Positions 12,001-26,520 of a DNA stretch of 64,000 nt are shown in pieces. The DNA comes from Balanoglossus misakiensis (taxonomy: Eukaryota; Animalia; Hemichordata): the NCBI GenBank assembly GCA_040954595.2, contig CM082578.2, positions 17,998,728 to 18,062,727 of the forward strand, given 5' to 3'. Position 1 is the first letter of the stretch. Every line of letters begins with the position of its first letter. The notes beneath the pieces were generated by a model. The model searched no databases. It worked only from the letters and a program-made list of their open reading frames with translations, and was not told the DNA's origin. Both the position numbers and the translations under genes were made by a program.

Positions 12001-15000
12001 GCGAATTTTGAAAATTTGATCATTTTTTGAAAAAACCATGGGTTATAGCTCAGGAAAATGTTGAAAAATCGACGATTTTTCGACTTTGCGAATTTTGAAA
12101 ATTTGGTCATTTTTTGAAAAAACCATGGGTTATAACTCAGGAAAATGTTGAAAAATCGACGATTTTTCGACTTTGCGAATTTTCAAAATTTGGTCATTTT
12201 TTGAAAAAACCATGGGTTATAGCTCAGGAAAATGTTGAAAAATCGACGATTTTTCGACTTTGCGAATTTTCAAAATTTGGTCATTTTTTGAAAAAACCAT
12301 GGGTTATAGCTCAGGAAAATGTTGAAAAATCGACGATTTTTCGACTTTGCGAATTTTGAAAATTTGGTCATTTTTTGAAAAAACCATGGGTTATAGCTCA
12401 GGAAAATGTTGAAAAATCGACGATTTTTCGACTTTGCGAATTTTGAAAATTTGGTCATTTTTTGAAAAAAACATGGGTTATAGCTCAGGAAAATGGTCAG
12501 AAATCGACGATTTTTCGACTTTGCGAATTTTCAAAATTTGGTCATTTTTTGAAAAAACCATGGGTTATAGCTCAGGAAAATGTTGAAAAATCGACGATTT
12601 TTCGACTTTGCGAATTTTGAAAATTTGGTCATTTTTTGAAAAAACCATGGGTTATAGCTCAGGAAAATGGTCAGAAATCGACGATTTTTCGACTTTGCGA
12701 ATTTTCAAAATTTGGTCATTTTTTGAAAAAACCATGGGTTATAGCTCAGGAAAATGTTGAAAAATCGACGATTTTTCGACTTTGCGAATTCTTAAAATTT
12801 GGTCATTTTTTGAAAAAACCATGGGTTATAGCTCAGGAAAATGTTGAAAAATCGACGATTTTTCGACTTTGCGAATTTTGAAAATTTGGTCATTTTTTGA
12901 AAAAACCATGTGTTATAGCTCAGGAAAATGTTGAAAAATCGACGATTTTTCGACTTTGCGAATTTTGAAAATTTGGTCATTTTTTGAAAAAACCATGTGT
13001 TATAGCTCAGGAAAATGTTGAAAAATCGACGATTTTTCGACTTTGCGAATTCTGAAAATTTGGTCATTTTTTGAAAAAACCATGGGTTATAGCTCAGGAA
13101 AATGTTGAAAAATCGACGATTTTTCGACTTTGCGAATTTTGAAAATTTGGTCATTTTTTGAAAAAACCATGGGTTATAGCTCAGGAAAATGGTCAGAAAT
13201 CGACGATTTTTCGACTTTGCGAATTTTCAAAATTTGGTCATTTTTTGAAAAAACCATGGGTTATAGCTCAGGAAAATGTTGAAAAATCGACGATTTTTCG
13301 ACTTTGCGAATTTTGAAAATTTGGTCATTTTTTGAAAAAACCATGGGTTATAGCTCAGGAAAATGGTCAGAAATCGACGATTTTTCGACTTTGCGAATTT
13401 TCAAAATTTGGTCATTTTTTGAAAAAACCATGGGTTATAGCTCAGGAAAATGTTGAAAAATCGACGATTTTTCGACTTTGCGAATTCTTAAAATTTGGTC
13501 ATTTTTTGAAAAAACCATGGGTTATAGCTCAGGAAAATGTTGAAAAATCGACGATTTTTCGACTTTGCGAATTTTGAAAATTTGGTCATTTTTTGAAAAA
13601 ACCATGTGTTATAGCTCAGGAAAATGTTGAAAAATCGACGATTTTTCGACTTTGCGAATTTTGAAAATTTGGTCATTTTTTGAAAAAACCATGTGTTATA
13701 GCTCAGGAAAATGTTGAAAAATCGACGATTTTTCGACTTTGCGAATTCTGAAAATTTGGTCATTTTTTGAAAAAACCATGGGTTATAGCTCAGGAAAATG
13801 TTGAAAAATCGACGATTTTTCGACTTTGCGAATTTTGAAAATTTGGTCATTTTTTGAAAAAACCATGTGTTATAGCTCAGGAAAATGGTCAGAAATCGAC
13901 GATTTTTCGACTTTGCGAATTTTGAAAATTTGGTCATTTTTTGAAAAAACAATGGGTTATAGCTCAGGAAAATGGTCAGAAATCGACGATTTTTCGACTT
14001 TGCGAATTTTCAAAATTTGGTCATTTTTTGAAAAAACCATGGGTTATAGCTCAGGAAAATGTTGAAAAATCGACGATTTTTCGACTTTGCGAATTTTGAA
14101 AATTTGGTCATTTTTTGAAAAAACCATGGGTTATAGCTCAGGAAAATGGTCAGAAATCGACGATTTTTCAACTTTGCGAATTTTGAAAATTTGGTCATTT
14201 TTTGAAAAAACCATGGGTTATAGCTCAGGAAAATGTTGAAAAATCGACGATTTTTCGACTTTGCGAATTTTGAAAATTTGGTCATTTTTTGAAAAAACCA
14301 TGGGTTATAGCTCAGGAAAATGGTCAAAAATCGACGATTTTTCGACTTTGCGAATTTTCAAAATTTGGTCATTTTTTGAAAAAACCATGGGTTATAGCTC
14401 AGGAAAATGTTGAAAAATCGACGATTTTTCGACTTTGCGAATTTTGAAAATTTGGTCATTTTTTGAAAAAACCATGGGTTATAGCTCAGGAAAATGTTGA
14501 AAAATCGACGATTTTTCGACTTTGCGAATTTTGAAAATTTGGTCATTTTTTGAAAAAACCATGGGTTATAGCTCAGGAAAATGTTGAAAAATCGACGATT
14601 TTTCGACATTGCGAATTTTGAAAATTTGGTCATTTTTTGAAAAAACCATGGGTTATAGCTCTGGAAAATGTTGAAAAATCGACGATTTTTCGACTTTGCG
14701 AATTTTGAAAATTTGGTCATTTTTTGAAAAAACCATGGGTTATAGCTCAGGAAAATGGTCAGAAATCGACGATTTTTCGACTTTGCGAATTTTGAAAATT
14801 TGGTCATTTTTTGAAAAAACCATGGGTTATAGCTCAGGAAAATGTTGAAACATCGACGATTTTTCGAATTTGCGAATTTTGAAAATTTGGTCATTTTTTG
14901 AAAAAACCATGGGTTATAGCTCAGGAAAATGTTGAAAAATCGAAGATTTTTCGACTTTGCGAATTTTCAAAATTTGGTCATTTTTTGAAAAAACCAAGGG

Positions 15001-18000
15001 TTATAGCTCAGGAAAATGGTCAGAAATCGACGATTTTTCGACTTTGCGAATTTTCAAAATTTGGTCATTTTTTGAAAAAACCATGGGTTATAGCTCAGGA
15101 AAATGTTGAAAAATCGACGATTTTTCGACTTTGCGAATTTTGAAAATTTGGTCATTTTTTGAAAAAAAAACCATGGGTTATAGCTCAGGAAAATGGTCAA
15201 AAATCGACGATTTTTCGACTTTGCGAATTTTCAAAATTTGGTCATTTTTTGAAAAAACCATGGGTTATAGCTCAGGAAAATGTTGAAAAATCGACGATTT
15301 TTCGACTTTGCGAATTTTGAAAATTTGGTCATTTTTTGAAAAAACCATGGGTTATAGCTCAGGAAAATGGTCAGAAATCGACGATTTTTCGACTTTGCGA
15401 ATTTTCAAAATTTGGTCATTTTTTGAAAAAACCATGGGTTATAGCTCAGGAAAATGGTCAGAAATCGACGATTTTTCGACTTTGCGAATTTTCAAAATTT
15501 GGTCATTTTTTGAAAAAACCGTGGGTTATAGCTCAGGAAAATGTTGAAAAATCGACGATTTTTCGACTTTGCGAATTTTCAAAATTTGGTCAATTTTGAA
15601 AAAACCATGGGTTATAGCTCAGGAAAATGGTCAGAAATCGACGATTTTTCGACTTTGCGAATTTTGAAAATTTGGTCATTTTTTGAAAAAACCATGGGTT
15701 ATAGCTCAGGAAAATGTTGAAAAATCGACGATTTTTCGACTTTGCGAATTTTGAAAATTTGGTCATTTTTTGAAAAAACCATGGGTTATAGCTCAGGAAA
15801 ATGGTCAGAAATCGACGATTTTTCGACTTTGCGAATTGTGAAAATTTGGTCATTTTTTGAAAAAACCATGGGTTATAGCTCAGGAAAATGTTGAAAAATC
15901 GACGATTTTTCGACTTTGCGAATTTTGAAAATTTGGTCATTTTTTGAAAAAACCATGGGTTATAGCTCAGGAAAATGGTCAGAAATCGACGATTTTTCGA
16001 CTTTGCGAATTTTCAAAATTTGGTCATTTTTTGAAAAAACCATGGGTTATAGCTCAGGAAAATGTTGAAAAATCGACGATTTTTCGACTTTGCGAATTTT
16101 GAAAATTTGGTCATTTTTTGAAAAAACCATGGGTTATAGCTCAGGAAAATGGTCAGAAATCGACGATTTTTCGACTTTGCGAATTTTCAAAATTTGGTCA
16201 TTTTTTGAAAAAACCGTGGGTTATAGCTCAGGAAAATGTTGAAAAATCGACGATTTTTCGACTTTGCGAATTTTCAAAATTTGGTCATTTTTTGAAAAAA
16301 CTATGGGTTATAGCTCAGGAAAATGGTCAGAAATCGACGATTTTTCGACTTTGCGAATTTTCAAAATTTGGTCATTTTTTGAAAAAACCATGGGTTATAG
16401 CTCAGGAAAATGTTGAAAAATCGACGATTTTTCGACTTTGCGAATTTTGAAAATTTGGTCATTTTTTGAAAAAAACATGGGTTATAGCTCAGGAAAATGG
16501 TCAGAAATCGACGATTTTTCGACTTTGCGAATTTTCAAAATTTGGTCATTTTTTGAAAAAACCATGGGTTATAGCTCAGGAAAATGTTGAAAAATCGACG
16601 ATTTTTCGACTTTGCGAATTTTGAAAATTTGGTCATTTTTTGAAAAAACCATGGGTTATAGCTCAGGAAAATGGTCAGAAATCGACGATTTTTCGACTTT
16701 GCGAATTTTCAAAATTTGGTCATTTTTTGAAAAAACCATGGGTTATAGCTCAGGAAAATGTTGAAAAATCGACGATTTTTCGACTTTGCGAATTTTGAAA
16801 ATTTGGTCATTTTTTGAAAAAACCATGGGTTATAGCTCAGGAAAATGGTCAGAAATCGACGATTTTTCGACTTTGCGAATTTTCAAAATTTGGTCATTTT
16901 TTGAAAAAACCATGGGTTATAGCTCAGGAAAATGTTGAAAATCGACGATTTTTCGACTTTGCGAATTTTGAAAATTTGGTCATTTTTTGAAAAAACCATG
17001 GGTTATAGCTCAGGAAAATGGTCAGAAATCGACGATTTTTCGACTTTGCGAATTTTCAAAATTTGGTCATTTTTTGAAAAAACCATGGGTTATAGCTCAG
17101 GAAAATGTTGAAAAATCGACGATTTTTCGACTTTGCGAATTTTGAAAATTTGGTCATTTTTTGAAAAAAACATGGGTTATAGCTCAGGAAAATGGTCAGA
17201 AATCGACGATTTTTCGACTTTGCGAATTTTCAAAATTTTGTCATTTTTTGAAAAAACCATGGGTTATAGCTCAGGAAAATGTTGAAAAATCGACGATTTT
17301 TCGACTTTGCGAATTTTGAAAATTTGGTCATTTTTTGAAAAAACCATGGGTTATAGCTCAGGAAAATGGTCAGAAATCGACGATTTTTCGACTTTGCGAA
17401 TTTTCAAAATATGGTCATTTTTTGAAAAAACCATGGGTTATAGCTCAGGAAAATGTTGAAAAATCGACGATTTTTCGACTTTGCGAATTTTGAAAATTTG
17501 GTCATTTTTTGAAAAAACCATGGGTTATAGCTCAGGAAAATGGTCAGAAATCGACGATTTTTCGACTTTGCGAATTTTCAAAATTTGGTCATTTTTTGAA
17601 AAAACCATGGGTTATAGCTCAGGAAAATGTTGAAAAATCGACGATTTTTCGACTTTGCGAATTTTGAAAATTTGGTCATTTTTTGAAAAAACCATGGGTT
17701 ATAGCTCAGGAAAATGGTCAGAAATCGACGATTTTTCGACTTTGCGAATTTTCAAAATTTGGTCATTTTTTGAAAAAACCATGGGTTATAGCTCAGGAAA
17801 ATGGTCAGAAATCGACGATTTTTCGACTTTGCGAATTTTCAAAATTTGGTCATTTTTTGAAAAAACCATGGGTTATAGCTCAGGAAAATGTTGAAAAATC
17901 GACGATTTTTCGACTTTGCGAATTTTGAAAATTTGGTCATTTTTTGAAAAAACCATGGGTTATAGCTCTGGAAAATGGTCAGAAATCGACGATTTTTCGA

Positions 18001-21000
18001 CTTTGCGAATTTTCAAAATTTGGTCATTTTTTGAAAAAACCATGGGTTATAGCTCAGGAAAATGGTCAGAAATCGACGATTTTTCGACTTTGCGAATTTT
18101 CAAAATTTGGTCATTTTTTGAAAAAACCATGGGTTATAGCTCAGGAAAATGTTGAAAAATCGACGATTTTTCGACTTTACGAATTTTGAAAATTTGGTCA
18201 TTTTTTGAAAAAACCATGGGTTATAGCTCAGGAAAATGGTCAGAAATCGACGATTTTTCGACTTTGCGAATTTTCAAAATTTGGTCATTTTTTGAAAAAA
18301 CCATGGGTTATAGCTCAGGAAAATGTTGAAAAATCGACGATTTTTCGACTTTGCGAATTTTGAAAATTTGGTCATTTTTTGAAAAAACCATGGGTTATAG
18401 CTCAGGAAAATGGTCAGAAATCGACGATTTTTCGACTTTGCGAATTTTCAAAATTTGGTCATTTTTTGAAAAAACCATGGGTTATAGCTCAGGAAAATGT
18501 TGAAAAATCGGCGATTTTTCGACTTTGCGAATTTTGAAAATTTGGTCATTTTTTGAAAAAACCATGGGTTATAGCTCAGGAAAATGGTCAGAAATCGACG
18601 ATTTTTCGACTTTGCGAATTTTGAAAATTTGGTCATTTTTTGAAAAAACCATGGGTTATAGCTCAGGAAAATGTTGAAAAATCGACGATTTTTCGACTTT
18701 GCGAATTTTGAAAATTTGGTCATTTTTTGAAAAAACCATGGGTTATAGCTCAGGAAAATGGTCAGAAATCGACGATTTTTCGACTTTGCGAATTTTCAAA
18801 ATTTGGTCATTTTTTGAAAAAACCATGGGTTATAGCTCAGGAAAATGTTGAAAAATCGACGATTTTTCGACTTTGCGAATTTTGAAAATTTGGTCATTTT
18901 TTGAAAAAACCATGGGTTATAGCCCAGGAAAATGGTCAGAAATCGACGATTTTTCGACTTTGCGAATTTTCAAAATTTGGTCATTTTTTGAAAAAACCAT
19001 GGGTTATAGCTCAGGAAAATGTTGAAAAATCGACGATTTTTCGACTTTGCGAATTTTGAAAATTTGGTCATTTTTTGAAAAAACAATGGGTTATAGCTCA
19101 GGAAAATGGTCAGAAATCGACGATTTTTCGACTTTGCGAATTTTCAAAATTTGGTCATTTTTTGAAAAAACCATGGGTTATAGCTCAGGAAAATGTTGAA
19201 AAATCGACGATTTTTCGACTTTGCGAATTTTGAAAATTTGGTCATTTTTTGAAAAAACCATGGGTTATAGCTCAGGAAAATGGTCAGAAATCGACGATTT
19301 TTCGACTTTGCGAATTTTCAAAATTTGGTCATTTTTTGAAAAAACCATGGGTTATAGCTCAGGAAAATGTTGAAAAATCGACGATTTTTCGACTTTGCGA
19401 ATTTTGAAAATTTGGTCATTTTTTGAAAAAACCATGGGTTATAGCTCAGGAAAATGGTCAGAAATCGACGATTTTTCGACTTTGCGAATTTTCAAAATTT
19501 GGTCATTTTTTGAAAAAACCATGGGTTATAGCTCAGGAAAATGTTGAAAAATCGACGATTTTTCGACTTTGCGAATTCTTAAAATTTGGTCATTTTTTGA
19601 AAAAACCATGGGTTATAGCTCAGGAAAATGTTGAAAAATCGACGATTTTTCGACTTTGCGAATTTTGAAAATGTGGTCATTTTTTGAAAAAACCATGTGT
19701 TATAGCTCAGGAAAATGTTGAAAAATCGACGATTTTTCGACTTTGCGAATTTTGAAAATTTGGTCATTTTTTGAAAAAACCATGTGTTATAGCTCAGGAA
19801 AATGTTGAAAAATCGACGATTTTTCGACTTTGCGAATTCTGAAAATTTGGTCATTTTTTGAAAAAACCATGGGTTATAGCTCAGGAAAATGTTGAAAAAT
19901 CGACGATTTTTCGACTTTGCGAATTTTGAAAATTTGGTCATTTTTTGAAAAAACCATGTGTTATAGCTCAGGAAAATGGTCAGAAATCGACGATTTTTCG
20001 ACTTTGCGAATTTTGAAAATTTGGTCATTTTTTGAAAAAACAATGGGTTATAGCTCAGGAAAATGGTCAGAAATCGACGATTTTTCGACTTTGCGAATTT
20101 TCAAAATTTGGTCATTTTTTGAAAAAACCATGGGTTATAGCTCAGGAAAATGTTGAAAAATCGACGATTTTTCGACTTTGCGAATTTTGAAAATTTGGTC
20201 ATTTTTTGAAAAAACCATGGGTTATAGCTCAGGAAAATGGTCAGAAATCGACGATTTTTCAACTTTGCGAATTTTGAAAATTTGGTCATTTTTTGAAAAA
20301 ACCATGGGTTATAGCTCAGGAAAATGTTGAAAAATCGACGATTTTTCGACTTTGCGAATTTTGAAAATTTGGTCATTTTTTGAAAAAACCATGGGTTATA
20401 GCTCAGGAAAATGGTCAAAAATCGACGATTTTTCGACTTTGCGAATTTTCAAAATTTGGTCATTTTTTGAAAAAACCATGGGTTATAGCTCAGGAAAATG
20501 TTGAAAAATCGACGATTTTTCGACTTTGCGAATTTTGAAAATTTGGTCATTTTTTGAAAAAACCATGGGTTATAGCTCAGGAAAATGTTGAAAAATCGAC
20601 GATTTTTCGACTTTGCGAATTTTGAAAATTTGGTCATTTTTTGAAAAAACCATGGGTTATAGCTCAGGAAAATGTTGAAAAATCGACGATTTTTCGACAT
20701 TGCGAATTTTGAAAATTTGGTCATTTTTTGAAAAAACCATGGGTTATAGCTCTGGAAAATGTTGAAAAATCGACGATTTTTCGACTTTGCGAATTTTGAA
20801 AATTTGGTCATTTTTTGAAAAAACCATGGGTTATAGCTCAGGAAAATGGTCAGAAATCGACGATTTTTCGACTTTGCGAATTTTGAAAATTTGGTCATTT
20901 TTTGAAAAAACCATGGGTTATAGCTCAGGAAAATGTTGAAACATCGACGATTTTTCGAATTTGCGAATTTTGAAAATTTGGTCATTTTTTGAAAAAACCA

Positions 21001-24000
21001 TGGGTTATAGCTCAGGAAAATGTTGAAAAATCGAAGATTTTTCGACTTTGCGAATTTTCAAAATTTGGTCATTTTTTGAAAAAACCAAGGGTTATAGCTC
21101 AGGAAAATGGTCAGAAATCGACGATTTTTCGACTTTGCGAATTTTCAAAATTTGGTCATTTTTTGAAAAAACCATGGGTTATAGCTCAGGAAAATGTTGA
21201 AAAATCGACGATTTTTCGACTTTGCGAATTTTGAAAATTTGGTCATTTTTTGAAAAAAAAACCATGGGTTATAGCTCAGGAAAATGGTCAAAAATCGACG
21301 ATTTTTCGACTTTGCGAATTTTCAAAATTTGGTCATTTTTTGAAAAAACCATGGGTTATAGCTCAGGAAAATGTTGAAAAATCGACGATTTTTCGACTTT
21401 GCGAATTTTGAAAATTTGGTCATTTTTTGAAAAAACCATGGGTTATAGCTCAGGAAAATGGTCAGAAATCGACGATTTTTCGACTTTGCGAATTTTCAAA
21501 ATTTGGTCATTTTTTGAAAAAACCATGGGTTATAGCTCAGGATAATGTTGAAAAATCGACGATTTTTCGACTTTGCGAATTTTGAAAATTTGGTCATTTT
21601 TTGAAAAAACCATGGGTTATAGCTCAGGAAAATTGTCAGAAATCGACGATTTTTCGACTTTGCGAATTTTCAAAATTTGTTCATTTTTTGAAAAAACCAT
21701 GGGTTATAGCTCAGGAAAATGTTGAAAAATCGACGATTTTTCGACTTTGCGAATTTTGAAAATTTGGTCATTTTTTGAAAAAACCATGGGTTATAGCTCA
21801 GGAAAATGGTCAGAAATCGACGATTTTTCGACTTTGCGAATTTTCAAAATTTGGTCATTTTTTGAAAAAACCATGGGTTATAGCTCAGGAAAATGTTGAA
21901 AAATCGACGATTTTTCGACTTTGCGAATTTTCAAAATTTGGTCATTTTTTGAAAAAAACATGGGTTATAGCTCAGGAAAATGGTCAGAAATCGACGATTT
22001 TTCGACTTTGCGAATTTTGAAAATTTGGTCATTTTTTGAAAAAAACCATGGGTTATAGCTCAGGAAAATGTTGAAAAATCGACGATTTTTCGACTTTGCG
22101 AATTTTGAAAATTTGGTCATTTTTTGAAAAAACCATGGGTTATAGCTCAGGAAAATGGTCAGAAATCGACGATTTTTCGACTTTGCGAATTTTCAAAATT
22201 TGGTCATTTTTTGAAAAAACCATGGGTTATAGCTCAGGAAAATGTTGAAAAATCGACGATTTTTCGACTTTGCGAATTTTGAAAATTTGGTCATTTTTTG
22301 AAAAAACCATGGGTTATAGCTCAGGAAAATGGTCAGAAATCGACGATTTTTCGACTTTGCGAATTTTCAAAATTTGGTCATTTTTTGAAAAAACCATGGG
22401 TTATAGCTCAGGAAAATGTTGAAAAATCAACGATTTTTCGACTTTGCGAATTTTCAAAATTTGGTCATTTTTTGAAAAAACCATGGGTTATAGCTCAGGA
22501 AAATGGTCAGAAATCGACGATTTTTCGACTTTGCGAATTTTCAAAATTTGGTCATTTTTTGAAAAAACCATGGGTTATAGCTCAGGAAAATGTTGAAAAA
22601 TCGACGATTTTTCGACTTTGCGAATTTTGAAAATTTGGTCATTTTTTGAAAAAACCATGGGTTATAGCTCAGGAAAATGTTGAAAAATCGACGATTTTTC
22701 GACTTTGCGAATTTTGAAAATTTGGTCATTTTTTGAAAAAAAACATGGGTTATAGCTCAGGAAAATGGTCAGAAATCGACGATTTTTCGACTTTGCGAAT
22801 TTTCAAAATTTGGTCATTTTTTGAAAAAACCATGGGTTATAGCTCAGGAAAATGTTGAAAAATCGACGATTTTTCGACTTTGCGAATTTTGAAAATTTGG
22901 TCATTTTTTGAAAAAACCATGGGTTATAGCTCAGGAAAATGGTCAGAAATCGACGATTTTTCGACTTTGCGAATTTTCAAAATTTGGTCATTTTTTGAAA
23001 AAACCATGGGTTATAGCTCAGGAAAATGTTGAAAAATCGACGATTTTTCGACTTTGCGAATTCTGAAAATTTGTTCATTTTTTGAAAAAACCATGGGTTA
23101 TAGCTCAGGAAAATGTTGAAAAATCGAAGATTTTTCGACTTTGCGAATTTTCAAAATTTGGTCATTTTTTGAAAAAACCAAGGGTTATAGCTCAGGAAAA
23201 TGGTCAGAAATCGACGATTTTTCGACTTTGCGAATTTTCAAAATTTGGTCATTTTTTGAAAAAACCATGGGTTATAGCTCAGGAAAATGTTGAAAAATCG
23301 ACGATTTTTCGACTTTGCGAATTTTGAAAATTTGGTCATTTTTTGAAAAAAAAACCATGGGTTATAGCTCAGGAAAATGGTCAAAAATCGACGATTTTTC
23401 GACTTTGCGAATTTTCAAAATTTGGTCATTTTTTGAAAAAACCATGGGTTATAGCTCAGGAAAATGTTGAAAAATCGACGATTTTTCGACTTTGCGAATT
23501 TTGAAAATTTGGTCATTTTTTGAAAAAACCATGGGTTATAGCTCAGGAAAATGGTCAGAAATCGACGATTTTTCGACTTTGCGAATTTTCAAAATTTGGT
23601 CATTTTTTGAAAAAACCATGGGTTATAGCTCAGGAAAATGTTGAAAAATCGACGATTTTTCGACTTTGCGAATTTTGAAAATTTGGTCATTTTTTGAAAA
23701 AACCATGGGTTATAGCTCAGGAAAGTTGTCAGAAATCGACGATTTTTCGACTTTGCGAATTTTCAAAATTTGGTCATTTTTTGAAAAAACCATGGGTTAT
23801 AGCTCAGGAAAATGTTGAAAAATCGACGATTTTTCGACTTTGCGAATTTTGAAAATTTGGTCATTTTTTGAAAAAACCATGGGTTATAGCTCAGGAAAAT
23901 GGTCAGAAATCGACGATTTTTCGACTTTGCGAATTTTCAAAATTTGGTCATTTTTTGAAAAAACCATGGGTTATAGCTCAGGAAAATGTTGAAAAATCGA

Positions 24001-26520
24001 CGATTTTTCGACTTTGCGAATTTTCAAAATTTGGTCATTTTTTGAAAAAAACATGGGTTATAGCTCAGGAAAATGGTCAGAAATCGACGATTTTTCGACT
24101 TTGCGAATTTTGAAAATTTGGTCATTTTTTGAAAAAAACCATGGGTTATAGCTCAGGAAAATGTTGAAAAATCGACGATTTTTCGACTTTGCGAATTTTG
24201 AAAATTTGGTCATTTTTTGAAAAAACCATGGGTTATAGCTCAGGAAAATGGTCAGAAATCGACGATTTTTCGACTTTGCGAATTTTCAAAATTTGGTCAT
24301 TTTTTGAAAAAACCATGGGTTATAGCTCAGGAAAATGTTGAAAAATCGACGATTTTTCGACTTTGCGAATTTTGAAAATTTGGTCATTTTTTGAAAAAAC
24401 CATGGGTTATAGCTCAGGAAAATGGTCAGAAATCGACGATTTTTCGACTTTGCGAATTTTCAAAATTTGGTCATTTTTTGAAAAAACCATGGGTTATAGC
24501 TCAGGAAAATGTTGAAAAATCAACGATTTTTCGACTTTGCGAATTTTCAAAATTTGGTCATTTTTTGAAAAAACCATGGGTTATAGCTCAGGAAAATGGT
24601 CAGAAATCGACGATTTTTCGACTTTGCGAATTTTCAAAATTTGGTCATTTTTTGAAAAAACCATGGGTTATAGCTCAGGAAAATGTTGAAAAATCGACGA
24701 TTTTTCGACTTTGCGAATTTTGAAAATTTGGTCATTTTTTGAAAAAACCATGGGTTATAGCTCAGGAAAATGTTGAAAAATCGACGATTTTTCGACTTTG
24801 CGAATTTTGAAAATTTGGTCATTTTTTGAAAAAAAACATGGGTTATAGCTCAGGAAAATGGTCAGAAATCGACGATTTTTCGACTTTGCGAATTTTCAAA
24901 ATTTGGTCATTTTTTGAAAAAACCATGGGTTATAGCTCAGGAAAATGTTGAAAAATCGACGATTTTTCGACTTTGCGAATTTTGAAAATTTGGTCATTTT
25001 TTGAAAAAACCATGGGTTATAGCTCAGGAAAATGGTCAGAAATCGACGATTTTTCGACTTTGCGAATTTTCAAAATTTGGTCATTTTTTGAAAAAACCAT
25101 GGGTTATAGCTCAGGAAAATGTTGAAAAATCGACGATTTTTCGACTTTGCGAATTCTGAAAATTTGTTCATTTTTTGAAAAAACCATGGGTTATAGCTCA
25201 GGAAAATGGTCAGAAATCGACGATTTTTCGACTTTGCGAATTTTGAAAATTTGTTCATTTTTTGAAAAAACCATGGGTTATAGCTCAGGAAAATGTTGAA
25301 AAATCGACGATTTTTCGACTTTGCGAATTTTCAAAATTTGGTCATTTTTTTAAAAAACCATGGGTTATAGCTCAGGAAAATGTTGAAAAATCGACGATTT
25401 TTCGACTTTGCGAATTTTCAAAATTTGGTCATTTTTTGAAAAAAACATGGGTTATAGCTCAGGAAAATGGTCAGAAATCGACGATTTTTCGACTTTGCGA
25501 ATTTTCAAAATTTGGTCATTTTTTGAAAAAACCATGGGTTATAGCTCAGGAAAATGTTGAAAAATCGACGATTTTTCGACTTTGCGAATTTTGAAAATTT
25601 GGTCATTTTTTGAAAAAACCATGGGTTATAGCTCAGGAAAATGGTCAGAAATCGACGATTTTTCGACTTTGCGAATTTTCAAAATTTGGTCATTTTTTGA
25701 AAAAACCATGGGTTATAGCTCAGGAAAATGGTCAGAAATCGACTTTGCGAATTTTCAAAATTTGGTCATTTTTTGAAAAAACCATGGGTTATAGCTCAGG
25801 AAAATGTTGAAAAATCGACGATTTTTCGACTTTGCGAATTTTGAAAATTTGGTCATTTTTTGAAAAAACCATGGGTTATAGCTCAGGAAAATGGTCAGAA
25901 ATCGAAGATTTTTCGACTTTGCGAATTTTCAAAATTTGGTCATTTTTTGAAAAAACCATGGGTTATAGCTCAGGAAAATGTTGAAAAATCGACGATTTTT
26001 CGACTTTGCGAATTTTGAAAATTTGGTCATTTTTTGAAAAAACCATGGGTTATAGCTCAGGAAAATGGTCAGAAATCGACGATTTTTCGACTTTGCGAAT
26101 TTTCAAAATTTGGTCATTTTTTGAAAAAACCATGGGTTATAGCTCAGGAAAATGTTGAAAAATCGACGATTTTTCGACTTTGCGAATTTTGAAAATTTGG
26201 TCATTTTTTGAAAAAAACCATGGGTTATAGCTCAGGAAAATGGTCAGAAATCGACGATTTTTCGACTTTGCGAATTTTCAAAATTTGGTCATTTTTTGAA
26301 AAAACCATGGGTTATAGCTCAGGAAAATGTTGAAAAATCGACGATTTTTCGACTTTGCGAATTTTGAAAATTTGGTCATTTTTTGAAAAAACCATGGGTT
26401 ATAGCTCAGGAAAATGGTCAGAAATCGACGATTTTTCGACTTTGCGAATTTTGAAAATTTGGTCGAATTTTGAAAATTTGGTCATTTTTTGAAAAAACCA
26501 TGGGTTATAGCTCAGGAAAA
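3001..26520 (+). repeat. Homogeneous 87-bp satellite core (variant B, ~270 monomers), largely a 174-bp dimer of two sub-variants
   Basis: Monomer caggaaaatgttgaaaaatcgacgatttttcgactttgcgaattttgaaaatttggtcattttttgaaaaaaccatgggttatagct mostly alternates with a ...atggtcagaaat...aattttcaaa... sub-variant. One NcoI and two TaqI sites per typical monomer. 23.5 kb / 87 is about 270. Confidence 0.99.

Noticed and set aside
3001-26520. CRISPR array
   Set aside because: Units are contiguous near-identical monomers with no unique spacers, there are no cas genes, and the context is an intron-containing eukaryotic genome.
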